Of a stretch of DNA of 64,000 bases, positions 62,608-64,000 are shown one piece after another. Within the stretch, counting starts at the first letter, position 1. Each line of letters starts with the position of its first letter. A model generated the notes under the pieces. It did no database searches and was not told the DNA's origin. It saw only the letters and a list, made by a program, of their open reading frames with translations. The translations under genes and the position numbers were made by a program. The DNA comes from Bacteroidales bacterium (GTDB lineage: Bacteria > Bacteroidota > Bacteroidia > Bacteroidales > UBA3663): the NCBI GenBank assembly GCA_017449065.1, contig JAFSKF010000019.1:56952-120951 (forward strand). Reading direction: 5' to 3'.

Positions 62608-64000
62608 TTAGAATCGGACTGTGATGCTTCCCAAAGCGGTGGTGCCGGCTTGAGGAATGAATCCGATTTCGGTATAGCGGTTGCTGTTGGGATGTCCGCC
62701 GCTGGGAAAGACGGCCGAATAAACCCAAGCGGAAGCCGCATAGTGCAAATCGAAAATGTTGTTCACCTGGGCGGCAAAGACAATCTCCTTCACGGCCTTG
62801 CGGACAGGCAGCGTGTAGCTGAGGTTGATGTTGCTGGTGCTGTAGCTTGGCAACTTGCGGTCGTTGCTTTCCGTATTGTCAATATACTGCTTCGATACGA
62901 AATTGGTGTGCCACGTGGCTTCAAACCCTTTCTGGTGGAAAGAGATGAAACCGTTCAGGATGGCCGATGGAGAGAAGGCAAGCGTTGAGTTCTTATAGTG
63001 ATATACATCGTATCCGTCGCCGTCGTATGGATTGCCGTTCGCATCGGTATTGCCTGTCCAATCGTCCCAGTTCTCAACGTATTCGTCGAAGTCCTTGATT
63101 ACATTCTTGCTGAGGGCAGCATTTGCCTCGATGGTCAGCCAGCTCAGCGGATTCCAGGCGGCAGCAATCTCGATGCCGGTGCGATAGGATTTGTCGATGT
63201 TGGTGGTGAGCGGTTCGCCGATATCGCTTGCGGCGCCTGTCTGTACGAACTGGTCTTTGTAGTTCATGAAATAGGCAGTAACATCGACGGCCCAAAGCTG
63301 ATGGTCGCCCAAGCTGATGCCGGCTTCATAATCCAGCAGCTGCTCGGCCTTAGGAGCAGGGTAGGAGCCGTTGTCGGTGAAGTTGTTGCGTTCGGGTTCG
63401 CGATGACTCCAGGCAACCGAAGCGAATACGCTCACCTGGTCGGTGTGCCAGGTCAAGCCGCCTTTCGGATTGAAGAAATTGTATTGCTGGTCGATGTCAA
63501 GTTTCTGGTTCTGCCCGTTCACGAACTTGTCGTTGATGCCGTTGGTGGTATATTCTACGTTTCGGATCTGGAAATCGGCAAACGCGCTCCACTGGCGGTT
63601 TATCGTGTAGGTACCCTTCACGAAGGTGTTATGATCAATCTTCCGTGCGTCGCTGTCGTAATACTGATAGTCTTTCCCGTTGCGTACGGCAGCATCGATG
63701 GTGGCATCGGCGATGTAGGTGAGGTATCCGAAGTGATTGGCAGAGAAAGACTGTATGGAACGTCCTGCCACAATGTCCCACTGATCGTCTTTGTAGTTGA
63801 TGTTCCAGATGGCACCTGTGCAGTCTTGCGTCAAGCCTTTCTTGCGGACGAAATCGGTTCTGGAAGCAATGCCGGAGTAGGCATCAAGGCCGTATTTGCT
63901 AAGCTTGTTGTTATAGCGGAACTCTTTGTAGTAACCGTATCCGTGCGTATAGTGCAATGAACCGGAAGTGGTCCAGTGGTCGTTGATCTTCCAGGCCAAA
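62608..64000 (-). CDS. TonB-dependent outer-membrane receptor (C-terminal part; the gene continues beyond the window)
   Basis: Beta-barrel-type alternating pattern with a terminal ...GSITVRF aromatic end. No start codon lies within the window. Confidence 0.85.
   Translation of the reverse strand, partial: LAWKINDHWTTSGSLHYTHGYGYYKEFRYNNKLSKYGLDAYSGIASRTDFVRKKGLTQDCTGAIWNINYKDDQWDIVAGRSIQSFSANHFGYLTYIADATIDAAVRNGKDYQYYDSDARKIDHNTFVKGTYTINRQWSAFADFQIRNVEYTTNGINDKFVNGQNQKLDIDQQYNFFNPKGGLTWHTDQVSVFASVAWSHREPERNNFTDNGSYPAPKAEQLLDYEAGISLGDHQLWAVDVTAYFMNYKDQFVQTGAASDIGEPLTTNIDKSYRTGIEIAAAWNPLSWLTIEANAALSKNVIKDFDEYVENWDDWTGNTDANGNPYDGDGYDVYHYKNSTLAFSPSAILNGFISFHQKGFEATWHTNFVSKQYIDNTESNDRKLPSYSTSNINLSYTLPVRKAVKEIVFAAQVNNIFDLHYAASAWVYSAVFPSGGHPNSNRYTEIGFIPQAGTTALGSITVRF

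Noticed and set aside
62998-63960. 320-aa ORF on the plus strand
   Set aside because: It is antisense to the TonB-dependent receptor. Its Val/Gly/Ala-rich composition is typical of a shadow frame.

Overview
This reads as a Bacteroidales-type chromosome segment. The evidence is recurrent TAnnTTTG -7 promoter boxes, a MoxR-DUF58-BatABCDE aerotolerance operon, a hybrid two-component system (HTCS) and a TonB-dependent receptor. Most of the window is conserved housekeeping: an aldo/keto reductase, ileS, a DksA-like gene, lspA, a PBP4-like peptidase, rsmI, metA, the Bat operon, a CCA/poly(A)-polymerase-family enzyme, a GH2 glycosidase and dnaE. It continues with a trpBEGDCFA operon preceded by a Trp-Trp-Trp leader peptide and attenuator, with a translationally coupled MATE exporter. 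The remaining core genes are ligA, trmD, an MsbA-like ABC exporter, a LysR regulator, nrdD, and a PfkB kinase-PnuC-TonB receptor cluster. Two accessory regions stand out. (1) An AT-rich island of about 7 kb (about 26.8-33.9 kb) has no integrase or tRNA. It carries a tripartite HipB/HipS/HipT-like module bracketed by imperfect direct repeats. It also carries a six-gene minus-strand operon that I cannot assign to any described system. That operon encodes an HtpX/M48-like polytopic metalloprotease, small membrane and soluble proteins, and signal-peptide proteins, two of which end in DnaJ-type CxxCxGxG zinc-knuckle tails. Its upstream region holds 3x33-bp and 4x22-bp phased direct-repeat arrays and a 9-nt homopolymer that bridges two short ORFs. 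(2) At 43.5-52.5 kb an HTCS has no SusC/SusD. It is flanked instead by two paralogous large exported proteins, each paired with a homologous 55-aa peptide. All calls come from motif recognition in the supplied translations and from reading the DNA by eye. No database search, folding or composition calculation was possible.
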